Source: Eledone cirrhosa
Taxonomy: Eukaryota
Direction: 5' to 3'
Length of the DNA: 64,000 bases
Assembly: GCA_964016885.1 (NCBI GenBank)
Contig: OZ024740.1
Span: 224,440,001 to 224,504,000, forward strand
Under the pieces are notes generated by a model. The model was given only the letters and a program-made list of their open reading frames with translations. It was not told the DNA's origin and searched no databases. Position 1 is the stretch's first letter. The number at the start of each line of letters is the position of its first letter. Shown here piece by piece: positions 28,030 to 41,629 of this stretch. Made by a program: the position numbers and the translations under genes.

Positions 28030-28800
28030 AAGAAAATTAGGTATAGATGAATGGCTTGTGAGAGACCTGCTTATTATAAACACAAGATATATGTTCAACA
28101 ATGATGTTAAAATGTGCTACGTTTCTACCATGACTTTATTCTGAGTTCTTCTGTTCACTATAGTTTACAAAGCCAAATCAAAGAAGCTTAAAGCTATTTG
28201 CCCATATGAACATCTGTATGCTAATGAGGATTTAGTTCTCATATTTGAATCAGTTGAAGATTTAGAGAAGAAATTCCAAACATGAAAGCAAAGCCTAGAA
28301 TTGTAGGGCTTCAAAGTAAATCTAGCAAAGTTTTGGCAGGAAAGAGGACAAGACTCAACTGCAATCTGGGAAATAGCCATGTTTGATATGCAGAAAAGGT
28401 ATAGGTAGTAATTTCAAATAATATCCCCAATGTAAACTATAGGTACACAAGAACATTGTATGAAGCAGATGTGCATGAGAAGTTAGTATAAAGAGCATCC
28501 TTGAAATGAATTCCTTCAAATTCCTGGAAGGGTCCTTAGTGGTAGGCAACAATTTCTGCTTACCTAGCTGAACTAACCAGCAGGAGACAAGAGTGCTTCA
28601 AAAACCTAAGAAACAGCATTGTTCATAAGAAAGAAATGTCCTCCCCAAATGAAGAATAGGTTATATGACAACTGTATACAAAGTGCAAGGTATTAGAATG
28701 TCGACATTGAATTACGGAAAATGTACAGATGAAAGAAATGAAGCTCTCGTGTATGGTAATGTGAGTGGGAATGAACAATGGTGCGCAGCAGAGCAGAGAG
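28030..28800 (+). mobile_element. Decayed RTE LINE copy (RT/PHD region)
   Basis: AGAAAATTAGGTATAGATGAATGGCTTGTGAGAG and GAGAAGAAATTCCAAACATG are collinear with 62205-63060. Confidence 0.8.
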
Positions 28801-28913
28801 AAATCCTAGGTTAATGGAAAACATATGTAAAATACCAGATGGATACATACATACACTCACACATACATACATACACATACATACACACACACATACATAC
28901 ATACATACATACA

Positions 28914-28949
<36 letters not shown>

Positions 28950-29436
28950 TGAAATATAGACATGTACACAATGACAAGTGCTCATATATTTTTATAGTAA
29001 TAAAAAAGTCTATGTATAAGATTACTTTAAAATTACTGATGTAAATATTTAACCTTGTACATGAAATAAAGTTTTTTCTTAGTCACAAGGTGCAGCATAT
29101 AAATTATAAACATATATGAACAAAAATATTTAAAAAAACAAAATAAATATATAAAATTAGCAAACAGATTAAAAGAAAACAAATTCAACCCATCTAACTC
29201 GAAGCTATCATTTTGAAAAATGATTTAATATATGACTGCAAACTATAATATTTTTCATCACCTTTCTGCCTGACAACGGAATTGGTAAATATTTTCATTA
29301 AACACATTTCCTTCTAAATGTAAATTGATTTCTTTCCTCAAGTAACACCTCTATAAATCTTAACTCTTTCATAAAAAAACATGCTTGTTTCATTGTGTAT
29401 ATATACATATGCGTGCGTGGAGTGTATGCACATATG

Positions 29437-29471
<35 letters not shown>

Positions 29472-29501
29472 ATGTATAAATATTACATACATAAATATAT
29501 G

Positions 29502-29627
<126 letters not shown>

Positions 29628-30780
29628 GATATACATATATATTATATTTATATATATTTTAACCTGTTAGTTCTTTCGTTACTTTGGTATTGTATGGTTG
29701 GGTTTTGCCTATTGCAATGTGCAATTTGTCAAGCTATTTAAACGTATGTTATTACTCTAAGGACCTACCCTTGTTGAACACTTTGCTAACTCATTCCTAT
29801 TGTAGGTCGAATTTGCTTGGCAACAGCCAAAGCTTCGATTTTACTAAGCTTCGACTTATATATATATATATATATGTATGTATAATGTATACTTGAATTA
29901 CCTTAAATGATGCCTCATTTACCCCAATATAGATATAGAGTTATATATACACACACACACATATATATATATCACAGGTACAAACCGAAGCTGAAGCATA
30001 TAGATAATATGCCCCCACCCACTCCCACTACAAAGTGGTCGTGGAGGTGCCATGTCAAAAAAGCACCCACCACTCACTGTAAATGAGATTGGTGTTAGTA
30101 AGGTCATCCAGCTGTAGAAATCAAGTCAAAATTAGTTCCCATATGAGCAAGACAAGGTCAGCCAACCGAACACTGCCCATAACAGGACAACACGTCTAAC
30201 CTATGCTAGCGTGGAAGAATGGACGTAACACGGTGATGATGATAATGATATATATATATATCATCATCATCACCATTTTACATCCATTTAAAATGTTGAT
30301 GATGATGATGATATATATATATATATATCATCATCATCATCATCACCGTTTTATGTCAATTCTCCCACGTATGGGTTATATATATATATATATAACCCCT
30401 TCTAGCATGGAAGATGGTCATTAAACGATGATGATGATGGTGATATATATATATAGATGATATATATATAGATATAAATGTCCACAAGTAATGTATACAC
30501 ACTTTGATTAAATGTACAGGCAATATTTATTAGAATGCTGTTGAAATGCTTATATATATTTTGGGGACACCCTATATATATAATCAAATACCACATGCAT
30601 GTTGGGTTGACTAGAACTATTAATGTTTACTTTAGGTAAATGTTGTATAACAAGTATTGTGTTCCCCAATCTGTAAATATTTATTAGTATTAGTAACTCT
30701 GTAAAGACATATCCCATCCATTAACTTTAATACACAACTACGCACATGCATCTCTCTTCTCACTCTCTCTATATATATAT

Positions 30781-31106
30781 ATCATCATTTTACGTCCGCT
30801 TTTCCCTGCTTGCAAGGGTGGGGCGAGAACTGATTCTGGCTAGATTTCTACAGCTGGATGCCCTTCCTAACACCAACCTCATTTACAGTGAGCGCTGGGT
30901 GCTTTTTTTTGCCGTGGCACCTCCACGACCACTTTGCCGTGGAATATGGACCCAGTCCCTATCATCTTATTTCTACAGCTGAGTAAACTGGAGCAATGTG
31001 AAATAAAGTGTCTTGCTCAAGGAAACAACACATCACCCGGTCTGAGAATTGAACTCACAACCTTTCGATTGCTAGCCCAATGCTCTAACCACTAAGCCAT
31101 ATGCCT

Positions 31107-31108
<2 letters not shown>
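30781..31108 (-). mobile_element. CORE-SINE with RTE-derived tail (sister of 10965-11287); head repeated at 31681-31762
   Basis: Close reverse-complement match to 10965-11287. Confidence 0.88.
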
Positions 31109-31109
<1 letters not shown>

Positions 31110-31151
<42 letters not shown>

Positions 31152-31291
31152 ATATATATATATATATAGAGTATATATATATATATATATATATATATAG
31201 GATATATATATATATATATATAGGATATATATATATATATATATAGGATATATATATATATATATATAGGATATATATATATATATATATA

Positions 31292-31389
<98 letters not shown>

Positions 31390-31524
31390 ATATATATATA
31401 TATATATATATATATAGGAACCAGTAGGACCCCGACAGCTGAGCTCAAGCCGTTTCGACGGCTAATTCATGAGTCGCACATAGGTGCGTTATGGTCCACC
31501 TGGTTCCTTACCACATTTCCTTCG

Positions 31525-31571
<47 letters not shown>

Positions 31572-31590
31572 ATATATATATATATATATA

Positions 31591-31631
<41 letters not shown>

Positions 31632-31680
31632 ATATATATATATATATAGGATATATATATCTCCTATATATATATATATA
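31110..31680. repeat. Compound (TA)nGGA microsatellite interrupted by a GC-richer island at 31417-31526
   Basis: Repeated GGA punctuating TA runs of variable length. Confidence 0.85.
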
Positions 31681-31859
31681 GGAAACAACACATCACCCAG
31701 TCTGAGAATTGAACTCACAACCTTTCGTAAGGCTAATGCTCTAACCACTAAGCCATGTGCCTTGGTAGAACATGGGAAGGTAATATCCGTAGTGGTAGAG
31801 CACTCAGTCCATGGGACGAGTCAGGTAGAAGTGGTTACACATCAGTTAGTTCAACATAC

Positions 31860-31897
31860 CGAGAACAATTGTTTCACCTTAGCGGATCCTCAGCTCG
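31860..31897 (-). ncRNA. Minimal type I hammerhead ribozyme in the 3' pseudo-LTR
   Basis: Minus strand: CGAG-CTGAGGA-tCCgctaaGGt-GAAAC-AATT-GTT-CTCG; palindromic stem III ACAATTGT. Confidence 0.8.
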
Positions 31898-33370
31898 TAA
31901 TGGACATGTTAATCGGAACAGAAAGGAAAACGGTACGAACGCGCATGCGCAGAAACGATCACTTCACACAGGCAATACTAAATTGCGTGCGAGATTTGTA
32001 AGGGTGATAACTGCGAAAGTCCGAAAGTTTCTAGCTGATAAGAAAATTAGGATGTTGTAATTCAATCCGGAGCTTTGTAGTTATGTAAGAGGTGTTTCCA
32101 GACGTGTGGACAACGTGTGAAGAATTCATATCTCGTTTTTAGACAATCACTATTGCGTAATCGCTATAGAATATTTATTCGTTCATCAATCATGGTCCAC
32201 ACGACGGATTGCTCCTTGCGTATGGCTTGGACTTAGTGATGGCTTTCCATTGAATGGAGTAGTCTATACTTGAGTCCTTGAGGGAATACGTCGGTCGCGA
32301 GTTTCGTGCATGGACGTCTATCCGGGTACCTAAAGGTCGACTGGTGGTTCAGGAAGCGTTCCTTAAATCGGCACTCCGCCATACCCACATAGGATTTGAC
32401 CTCCAGTGGTTGATTTGGTCGGTTGGAAGTGACCACAGCTTCATAAACTACAGCGGGTGTGTTGCATTGCTGTTGAAAGGGACAAGCTTCAGGCTTACTG
32501 CAAGAGCACCCTGGTGGGTGTTGTTCTTAGGGCTGTTGGTGATGTTGGCCTTCATGTTCTTAGCGCAGCAGTATCCTAGTTTTACTTTGTGTCGGTTAAA
32601 GATGGAGCGGTATTTATGACCTATGGGAAAGTGTCTATCTAAGAGGGCTAGAAATGTTTTGACTACATTGATTTTAACTTTAAGTGAGAAGGGAGGAGAG
32701 AACCAGATAGTTTTTCTATTGTTATGCTTTCTTTTCTTATTGCTATTGTTGTTAGTGGGAGAGTAAGTGATATGTTGCGAGAAGCCGCTGTTAGCTAACG
32801 CCGTGTTATAGTAGGGTGCCGCTCTGTGAAATATAGCCTTATTAAAGGAGAGGTTTGAGATTCTAGTACTGATATTATTTACGAAGTTTCTAAAGACAGT
32901 GGGAGGGTGGAATGTGTCCTTGTGAATGTAATTGAGTTTTCCGTTTAGCTTATGGAAGGGTCTGTAGGTGTGTGTGCGAAGGTCTAAATTAATGTCTAAG
33001 AAATCTACGCTAGAGAGGCTGGTAGCTACTATTATCCTAAGTCCTAACTCATTGAAGGTAGAAGTCTTTTTTAAACTGGTCGAGGTCGTGACCACTTTTA
33101 TGGCTCGATAATAGTGATTGCCTAAACACGAAAAATTAATTCTTCACACGTTGTCCACATGTCTGGAAACACCTCTTACATAACTACAAAACTCCAGATT
33201 GAATTACAACAACATCCTAATTTTCTTATCAACTAGAAACTTTCGAACTTTCGCAGTTATCTCCCTTACACCTCTCGCACGCAATTTAGTATTGCCTGTG
33301 TGAAGTGATTGTTTCTGTGCATGCGCGTTCATACGGTTGTCCTTCCTGTTCCGTATAACCATGTCCATTA

Positions 33371-33408
33371 CGATCTGAGGAACTGCTAAGGTGAAACAAT
33401 TGTTCTCA
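33371..33408 (+). ncRNA. Hammerhead ribozyme in the inverted pseudo-LTR (stem I damaged)
   Basis: CTGAGGA-ACTgctaaGGT-GAAAC-AATT-GTT. Confidence 0.7.
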
Positions 33409-33475
33409 GTATGGTGAACTAGCTGTTGTGGAACCACTTCTATATATATATCTATATATACACACACACACACAT

Positions 33476-33507
<32 letters not shown>

Positions 33508-34710
33508 TGAAGTAAGAGAGCGGGTACATTGCTGTCAGATGAGGTGGGGGCAGGTGATATATTGAAGTGTGTGTGTATGTACATTAGCAATCACTTGGAC
33601 ACATATTTATTATTAAAATTAAACTATATGCAAAAAAAACATAATAGAAACAAAATAATTATATATTTATAAAATATTTACATATATTATGTATTTATGA
33701 AATATATATAATTTCATAAATGCATAATCACCAGCAGCTACAATTTATATATATATGTTTTCATGTTGCTTCAGAAACTGTTTGGCAGTAGCGGTGGTGG
33801 TTGTGGCTGCGATGGTGGGGGGAGGCACTTTCCACTTAGATTTTCCTCACCTTTTGTGAAATTCTTCTTATATATGATATTGAGGAAATTACAAGAAATT
33901 ATGATGGATGTCAGTTGTAGAATGCATAATCATCATCATCATTATGAACATCAACATCATCTCCCAAAACAGCAGCATTGGCAACAACAGCAGCAGCTCA
34001 TAATGGTTAGCCAGCAGTAAATGTAGAGCTTCTGAGCTGTTTCTGTAAAATTTCAAGACTTTTAAATATCTCCTTAAAAATCTTTGGAATGACATTACAT
34101 TTTAAGTCCTTAATCTAAATGCTTTGAAGCCACTAGCCTAATATTCAGGTACTTGCAATATTTTACTACATTTTGCAAGTCTGGTATTTCATTCTTCTGC
34201 ACACTTCTATCTACTACTGTTATTTACACTGCTTTTTGCATGAACCAGCAATCATTTTACATTATTGCGTAAACAGATTGTGTTCTTCAATAAGACATTG
34301 CTATGATTTCTCTCATTTTCATACATTTGTTTTATTTTCAATGATTTTCTGGGTGATATTCAATGTTATGAACAGTACACATGGCAAGGGACTGAGTTTA
34401 TACTGCAATTATAAGAAACAACAATTGGATGCATTGTAAGCTCTGTTCCATAGATTTTGCTCAAGTAGAACCGACCAGATATGTCCAACAAAGATAAAAA
34501 TTTGTAATTTTCAAAACAAGGTCAGGTGTGAGTTGTGAAAGATGTTTGAAATACATTATTGGTACCAAGTTTCTTAAACCCCCACGTTTGATATGGTAGA
34601 CTTTCAATTCAGAAACTAAAGTGATAATCCAAGACACTGCAAGTCGCTCAACTGTTTTAGTATCTTCAATAATATTCACTCTCTCTCTTATAAGTAACCC
34701 AGAAGAACAT

Positions 34711-35230
34711 CTGCCTTAATAATTCATGATCAACAATATAAGTAGACTGCACACACAGAAGATAAAAATACCAGGAGATGGATGTAGACATGGCTGAGTG
34801 GTAAAGGTGTTTGCTTAGTAGCTACATGGTTCTGGATTCCATTTCAATGCACACCCATGCTAGCATAGAAAAATAGACGTTAAACGGTGATGATGATGAT
34901 CTGCCTTAATCATTCATGGTCAACAACATAAGTAGACTGCACACACAGAAGATAAAAATACCAGGAGTTAGATGTAGACATGGCTGAGTGGTAAAGATGT
35001 TAACTTAATAGCTACATGGTTCTGGATTCAATTTCACTGCACACTCCTGTGAACATGGAAAAATGGACATTAAATGGTGATGATGATGATCAGTCCTAAT
35101 CATTCATGGTAAACAACATAAGTAGTCTGCACATACAGAAGATAAAAATACTAGGACTTGGATGTAGACGTGGTCATATTGTAAAGGTGTTTGCTTAGTA
35201 GCTACGTGGTTCTGGATTCAATTTTACGGT
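34711..35230 (+). repeat. 190-bp tandem repeat (about 2.7 copies) containing a minimal SINE
   Basis: Units start at 34711, 34901 and 35091; each has a tRNA-like head, and the first two join it to the RTE-type tail ending (GAT)n. Confidence 0.85.
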
Positions 35231-36215
35231 ACAAAATTTTGGAGAAGACCAATCAACCATATTATTATGAAGTTAACTGTCAAAAGAAGCAAAGGAACCT
35301 ACCTTTGCATCTTCACTCATGTCCGGACTGAATTTCCCTGCATGATGCTCACCTGTTTTGCATCTGGCCAGAGAACATAGTAAATCTCACACACTCATTT
35401 GAACCAGTTATCACAAAACTTCCACACTATGTTGTGGCACATTGACTAAGATGAGACCCCTGCACTTCCAGTCATTAGCCCCACATTAATGACATATTCC
35501 AGGAAGTCACTCTGCAGAAACTCATCATATTTGATTATTAATATAAGTTTAACAACAGAAAGTTTCTCTTTCTTGTCAGCAACACTGAAGTACATCAGTT
35601 ATAATTATAATTTATGCTCAACAACATAAGTAAACAGCACTTACAGAAGACAAAACTAGAAGTAAATTGACACAGGTATGGCTGCATGGATAAGAAGATT
35701 GCTTCACAACTATATGATTCTGGGTTCTATCGTTTTGTGAAGACTCTTCAGCAAGTCATTTCTACTATATTATTATCAGATTGACCAAAGTTTTCTTAAT
35801 GAAATGTAGATAGAAACTCATTGAAAGCCCACAACCAATGATGCAATTTTCCCCACTTGTAAAACAAATATTATATAGTAAATAGATAATAAATAGATAA
35901 CCTATTTCAATACTAAGTTCTGGCAAGTCAATCTGTTTATTATTCCAGGATGGAATGAAAATGTTTCAATTAATCAGAGTTGCTAATACACTTGGGAAAG
36001 GAATGAAGAATTCTTCTTAACCCTCTCTAAAATGTCAATTATTACCTATGGAATAAACAAAATAGAGCCTAAAATTGAAAATTGAAAATGCCTCTCTTTC
36101 AGACCATGATAATAACAACATCAGGAACAATCAATTTTAAGTATATATATATATATATATATATATAAATGTGTGTGCACATGTGTGTATATGTGTGTGT
36201 ATATATATATGTATG

Positions 36216-36430
<215 letters not shown>

Positions 36431-36669
36431 TCATCATCGCTTAACGTCCATCTTCCATGCTTGCATGGGTTTATATATATACATACACACATACATTTAT
36501 ATATGTTTGAGTGGAATTGACCAACCAACAGTGATGTGCCTCTTAATTGGTTTTTCTGCCATTGTAAATCATCAATGTTTTACTTCATTCTTAACTTAAA
36601 CATTAAATGTTTGTTGCAAATGACACTTCCCTATCATATAGCAATCATCAGAGAGAATGAAAATGATAA

Positions 36670-38310
36670 TAATAATTTCTTTATTAACCACTAGAACCAA
36701 AACTTGAAGGACAATACAAAAGGATTTGTACATTGCAGATTTACATAAAACCTGTTTTAAAAAAAGATGAAACAATTATCAGTAAATAAATAACAACAGA
36801 ACTCCCCAATAGAAGGAAGCATCACCAAGGGGTAGATTGGGGACCCCACAAATCTGAAACCACTCTAATCACCAAGAGCAACGTAGGAAGGTACCCAGCT
36901 CCACCCTGAACTCACGAGCCTACTGAAACATGCTCAAAGTAGGCCATACAACCTCTTTTGCAACAGCTATCCAACAGGAAAATTGACTGTCCTTTCTGGA
37001 TGGTGGGGCAATCTTCCGGATGAAGTCAGTGGATAGCCGAATCTGTCTCATACATGACAAAAGTTGCTTAACAAAACTCCACAAGTCAGCAGTGCCTGGG
37101 TACTTGCTAATTACATACAGAACAGCTTCATCACTCTGCACACATCTCAAATAGGACTGTCTGACAGCAATTCTGTGGCTGTAGAGTTTATTTCAAACTG
37201 GCAGTGCTTCCCAGTAGCACTGCCAGACCATGTGTTTTAGGAAATTATCCATAGGGCCTGGAATGAAAGTTCTCAAGAACAGAACGCTAATGTGGAATTT
37301 CCACTGAGTGCATTGCCTGGTTGGTAGAGGGCTATGAGTGCATGATAAAATTAAAGATGCCAGATGTCCAGTCTTGATTTTTGCTTCCCCAATGACTGCA
37401 GTTTAGTCAAAAAAACGAGCTACAGAAAAACATGCCTCAAAAACGGTAACCATAGCTGTTCACTGTTTAGGAATATCTGCAAATGCTGTAGCCTCAGTGA
37501 ATGTTTGCGCATCAATAGTCATGGTACAACCAGACTTCTACACAAAGGGTGATAGCAGCAGATAGAAAACCTGAATAGTGGAACCTGTCCCTTCCACAAG
37601 CGTACTCATATCTTGTGAGGCATGAACTAGAGCAGGCACAGTGGTCATGCGGTTAAAGATGACAGAAGCAATTTATGGGTTTACTACTTCTAACCAACTT
37701 TCATGGATCGCTTTCTCTCAGCCCATTTCTGGGTAATAGGGACCACCCTGCTTGTTGCTTAATCCCAGTTCCTACACACCTGGAGCTCCAGACCACATGC
37801 AACTTGACTGTCCATCTGTCCATCACCTAATGCCACTGTTGAGCTGCAAACTTACCAACATATATGGGTCGATATTTGCACCTGTCAACATTTAACATTG
37901 TTCTAAATATTTGCCAACCACCTTGATTTTCAAAGTGTTTAGCACCATCGCTGTGATGTCATCTGCATATGCTAACACAGGTCTTCTAGGTCATGGTTCA
38001 AGCAGAATACCGTGCAACATCTTCAACTTCCACAGTACATACAAAAGGGAGGAAAGTGGGCATCCTTGATGGACTGAGTATGTGATTTGAAAAAGTTCTG
38101 ATGGTTGGCCATTGATTCTGGTCATCAAGCTGGTGCCATTATGCATTACAGAGATCCAGCCTCTGAAGAAAAGACTGAAATCAGTTGCCTTGAGGACAGG
38201 CTCCAATCATTGATGGTTGACGAAATTGAAAGCTTTCCAGTGACCTTAATTTATCAGAGCCTCACCGGAGCCAAGTTTTCACTAGACATATAGGTGGAGG
38301 TTGTTGTGTA
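36670..38310 (-). mobile_element. Decayed 5'-truncated Tx1-like LINE, same family as 41582-46745
   Basis: Peptides SVHQGCPLSSLLYVL and DLWSFVKQLLSCMRQIRLS align with ORF2 of the larger copy; 3' end in (AAT)n. Confidence 0.85.
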
Positions 38311-38429
38311 AAGTCACCAATGCTGAGTCTCTTCAAAGTACCAGTAATGCACTGCAGTAGATTAATTGACTTTCCATTCCCCCAAAATTGCTGGCCTTGT
38401 GCCTCTATAAGAAACCATTATTTAAATTA

Positions 38430-38745
38430 TTTCTATTATTATTTTTATTGCACATCATTACTGCTTTACCGAGAACAGCTCTGTGTACCTTGGATATGAC
38501 CAGTGTAGTTTTTGCTGATGATGTTACTATTGTATTGATAGTACATTTCATAATATGTGTGCAGTGCCTAGTAGTGCTATCTTTTGTATAATGTATATAT
38601 TTGTAAGTCCTGGGGTTTTGGCTATGTATTTGTCTTTTTTTTTATTATTCCTAGAGCACCTATTATTATATATATTATTTCTGTTTTCATTTCCCACGTT
38701 TGAGTTATTTCTATCTCTAGATCTTTATATTTGGAGAGTTTCTCT
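38430..38745 (-). mobile_element. Short 3' fragment of an R4/Dong-type LINE (RLE endonuclease end plus UTR)
   Basis: EKLSKYKDLEIEITQTWEMKT motif; paralogous to 40443-40765; ATT-rich tail. Confidence 0.7.
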
Positions 38746-38829
38746 ATTCACCACTATCATTATGATCATCATAATCATCATCACATTGTCATCCTCCCCC
38801 TCAGGATTGATTTCAATTCCTGGCTTAGT

Positions 38830-40440
38830 GAATATAGCAGACCACATCCAGTCGTCTTAGGTATCATAAGTTGTTTCCTTCTTTTCAGTTTGTATCTAAT
38901 ACATTTCATATCATCCTAGTTCCAAGAAACAGTTTCTTCATCATGTCTACTGTAAAATTCAGGTTTATTTTTTTTATCTATGCATCAAATTTATTTTTGA
39001 TTGTCCTTAAAGCCACCAACCACCACTAGTATCAATTCCATCTTTTTCATCTTCCACATTCTTGAAATTTCATACTTCAAGGGCCATAATTTGTGCAATT
39101 TCTTCTTTTCCTTCTATGCAAGTATCTATACAAGCTAGAATATCAACTAATATATTTTGTTTTTCTTTTCAATTATAGTGATGTCTGGTCTATTATATTC
39201 TAGCCATTTATTGGTTTATATAGGCCAATCCAATAAAATCTTGTAGTCTTCTGATTCCAATACATTCTCTTGTTGATGCATGTACCATTTGTCTGCCTTG
39301 TCAAATCCTCACTTCTTACACAGTTTCCAGTGAATTACTTTGACCACACTATCATGTCTCACATTCTTAAACCCATTTTGAGCAATTTGGGGGCACTCTA
39401 AGACAATGTGTGCCACTGTTTTAACGGCACTGCCATAAAATCGAGACAGAGGAGCTACATATTCTCTATACACTGCTTTTTCAATATTATTCGTGCAAAT
39501 TATGCTTTGGATCTTTATTATGCTCTCTGTTTCTTTTTTCAAATACCCCATTTTCTCCCAGCCACATGATTTTATGCCTCTCACATCGTCTGTTGCTTTT
39601 CTGAACTTCCCATGTTGTGTCTTTCTCTCATAAGCAGTTTCAGGTTCATTCTGTACCTTTTCTTTATTTTGGCCACCAGCATTAGTTCCTAACAAATCTG
39701 CTCTTTTCACTGCCCTCAGTAACATCTCCCTGCCTTCTCGTAAATATTGTCCTAATGCCTCCATTTCTGTTCTAACACAATGTTCTATCCCAATCAAACC
39801 TTGACCTTCATTTCCTTTTTTCATATAAAATCGATCAACATCTGCTTTGTGGGGATGTGCTCCATACATTGTCAGCAGCTTCCTTGTTTTGCAATCCAAA
39901 GCCTCCATTTCTGCCTTCATCAAACCTATGATGCCATCACAATATCTAATGATATACACAACACTTGAATTGATAGCAGTGATAATGTAGCTGCCATTGA
40001 GTTTTGATTCTAATATGTTCCTCAATTGTCATACATATACTTTGCTTGCCTAAACCTTCAGCTCTTCATGCTTTATTCCATTTGCCTACAATATTCCAAG
40101 ATAGCAATATCCTCTTCCTGCTATGTATTTTATCATGTTACCATCTGGCATCTTAATTACTTCTTTCCTAACAAATTGTACCCTCTTCATAACCAGCACA
40201 ACACATCTTGACAAACCAAATTCCAACTTGATATCATCTGAAAATATCCTAAAGGCATTTACCAAACTGCCTATTATAGCTTCACTTTCTGCAAACAATT
40301 CAACATCGTCATTGGAAAGGTGATTGACCCTCTCCCCTACCTTCTTTTGTTCAGAGTATCTCTTTGTCTTTCTCAACATCAGTGGTAGTGGAATCATCAT
40401 TAACACAAAAACAATGGTGACAAACTGTCTACTTGGAACA
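38830..40440 (-). mobile_element. R4/Dong-clade non-LTR retrotransposon, decayed 3' half
   Basis: RIFSDDIKLEFGLSRC, ILESKLNGSYIITAINS, HPHKADVDRFYMKKGNEGQGL, TVAHIVLECPQIAQ..RHDSVVKVIHWKLCKK and RPDI motifs. Confidence 0.85.
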
Positions 40441-40442
40441 TC

Positions 40443-41569
40443 GTTATTATTACTATTATCAGTATTTTTATTTCTCATCATTACTGCTTTACCAAGGACA
40501 GCTCTGTGCACATTGGGTATAAGCAGTGTAGTTTTGGCTGGTGTCGTTTCAATTGTATTGATAGTAATGTTCATATGTGTGCAATGCCTAGTAGTGCTAT
40601 TTTTTGTATGCTGTATATATTTGTAAGTCCTGCGATTTTGGCTATGTCTGTGAGTTTTTTCTATCATTCCCAGAGAACCTATTATTATAGGTATTGTTAC
40701 AGTTTTCATTTCCCACATTCAAATTATTTCTCTCTCTAGATCTTTATATTTGGAGAGTTTCTCCATTTTCTTCGTGTACTCAGATCTCATCAATTCCTTC
40801 ATTTTTTTTGTTCTTGATGTCATCTGCCTCCAGAACACCTAAATATTTGTATCCCTCTTCAGTGTCAATTTCCTTTATCATCTCACCTGTTGGTACCTGG
40901 ATTCCGTTGCTTCTGTTCAATTTACCCCTCTTCATCACTAGGACTTATTAATACCAAATTCAATACATATATCATTGCTGAAAATACGGACAGTGTCAAC
41001 AAGTACATCCAACTCCTTCTCACTCTTCCCAAAGAGTTTAAGATCGTCCATGATGAGGAGGTGGTTGATGGTAATCTCTCCTTTTCCCAACTTGTGTCCT
41101 GCTCTCACCTTTCGCAATATAACGATCAGGGATATCAGGGAAAGGACAAAAAACAAAGGGGACAAACTATCTCCTTGGAAGATGCCTCTCTTGATCTTCA
41201 TGCCTCCCAAGGATTCTCCACCTGATGTTAACTCTGTTTCCCAGGACTTCATACTTTTGCTTAATAGCTGTCTGATGTTATCTGCCACCTTGAAGGCTTT
41301 TAGTTATCCAAGAATGAGGTACCATGTAGAATGCCTTTTTGTAATCTATCCATCCCATGGCAAGACCAGTGTGCCTCCTCTTGCAATTCCTCATTACCAT
41401 CTTATCAATAAGTAACTGGTATTTTGTACCACAGGACTTCTTTTGGCATCCTTTCTGTTCGTCCGGTAATAAGATGTGTATATGGAGTTGATAGTAGATT
41501 TTCTCAGACACAATGCTTGTTAACAGTTTCCACATTATGGACAGACATGTGATAGGCCTATAGTTGGTA
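40443..41569 (-). mobile_element. Second R4/Dong-type element: RT core (40770-41569) adjoining an endonuclease/3' end fragment (40443-40765)
   Basis: NYRPITCLSIMWKLLT, EQKGC, WIDYKKAF.MVPHSWI, RGIFQGDSLSPLFF, NHLLIMDDLKLF and MWEMKTVTIPIIIGSLGMI. Confidence 0.88.
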
Positions 41570-41629
41570 ATTATTATTATTAACCTGACCATCCCGGACG
41601 AGGCAATAGCGGCCATGTAAAGGAGGACG

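Larger units (their letters stand above)
31826..33442 (-). mobile_element. 5'-truncated Penelope-like element (RT C-terminus plus GIY-YIG) flanked by about 330-bp inverted pseudo-LTRs (31826-32154 / 33110-33442)
   Basis: Peptides VDFLDINLDL, YIHKDTFHPP, IWFSPPFS and YVGMAECRFKERFLNHQSTFR; the inverted repeats include the ORF end (EFFTRCPHVWKHLL) and a hammerhead each. Confidence 0.92.
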
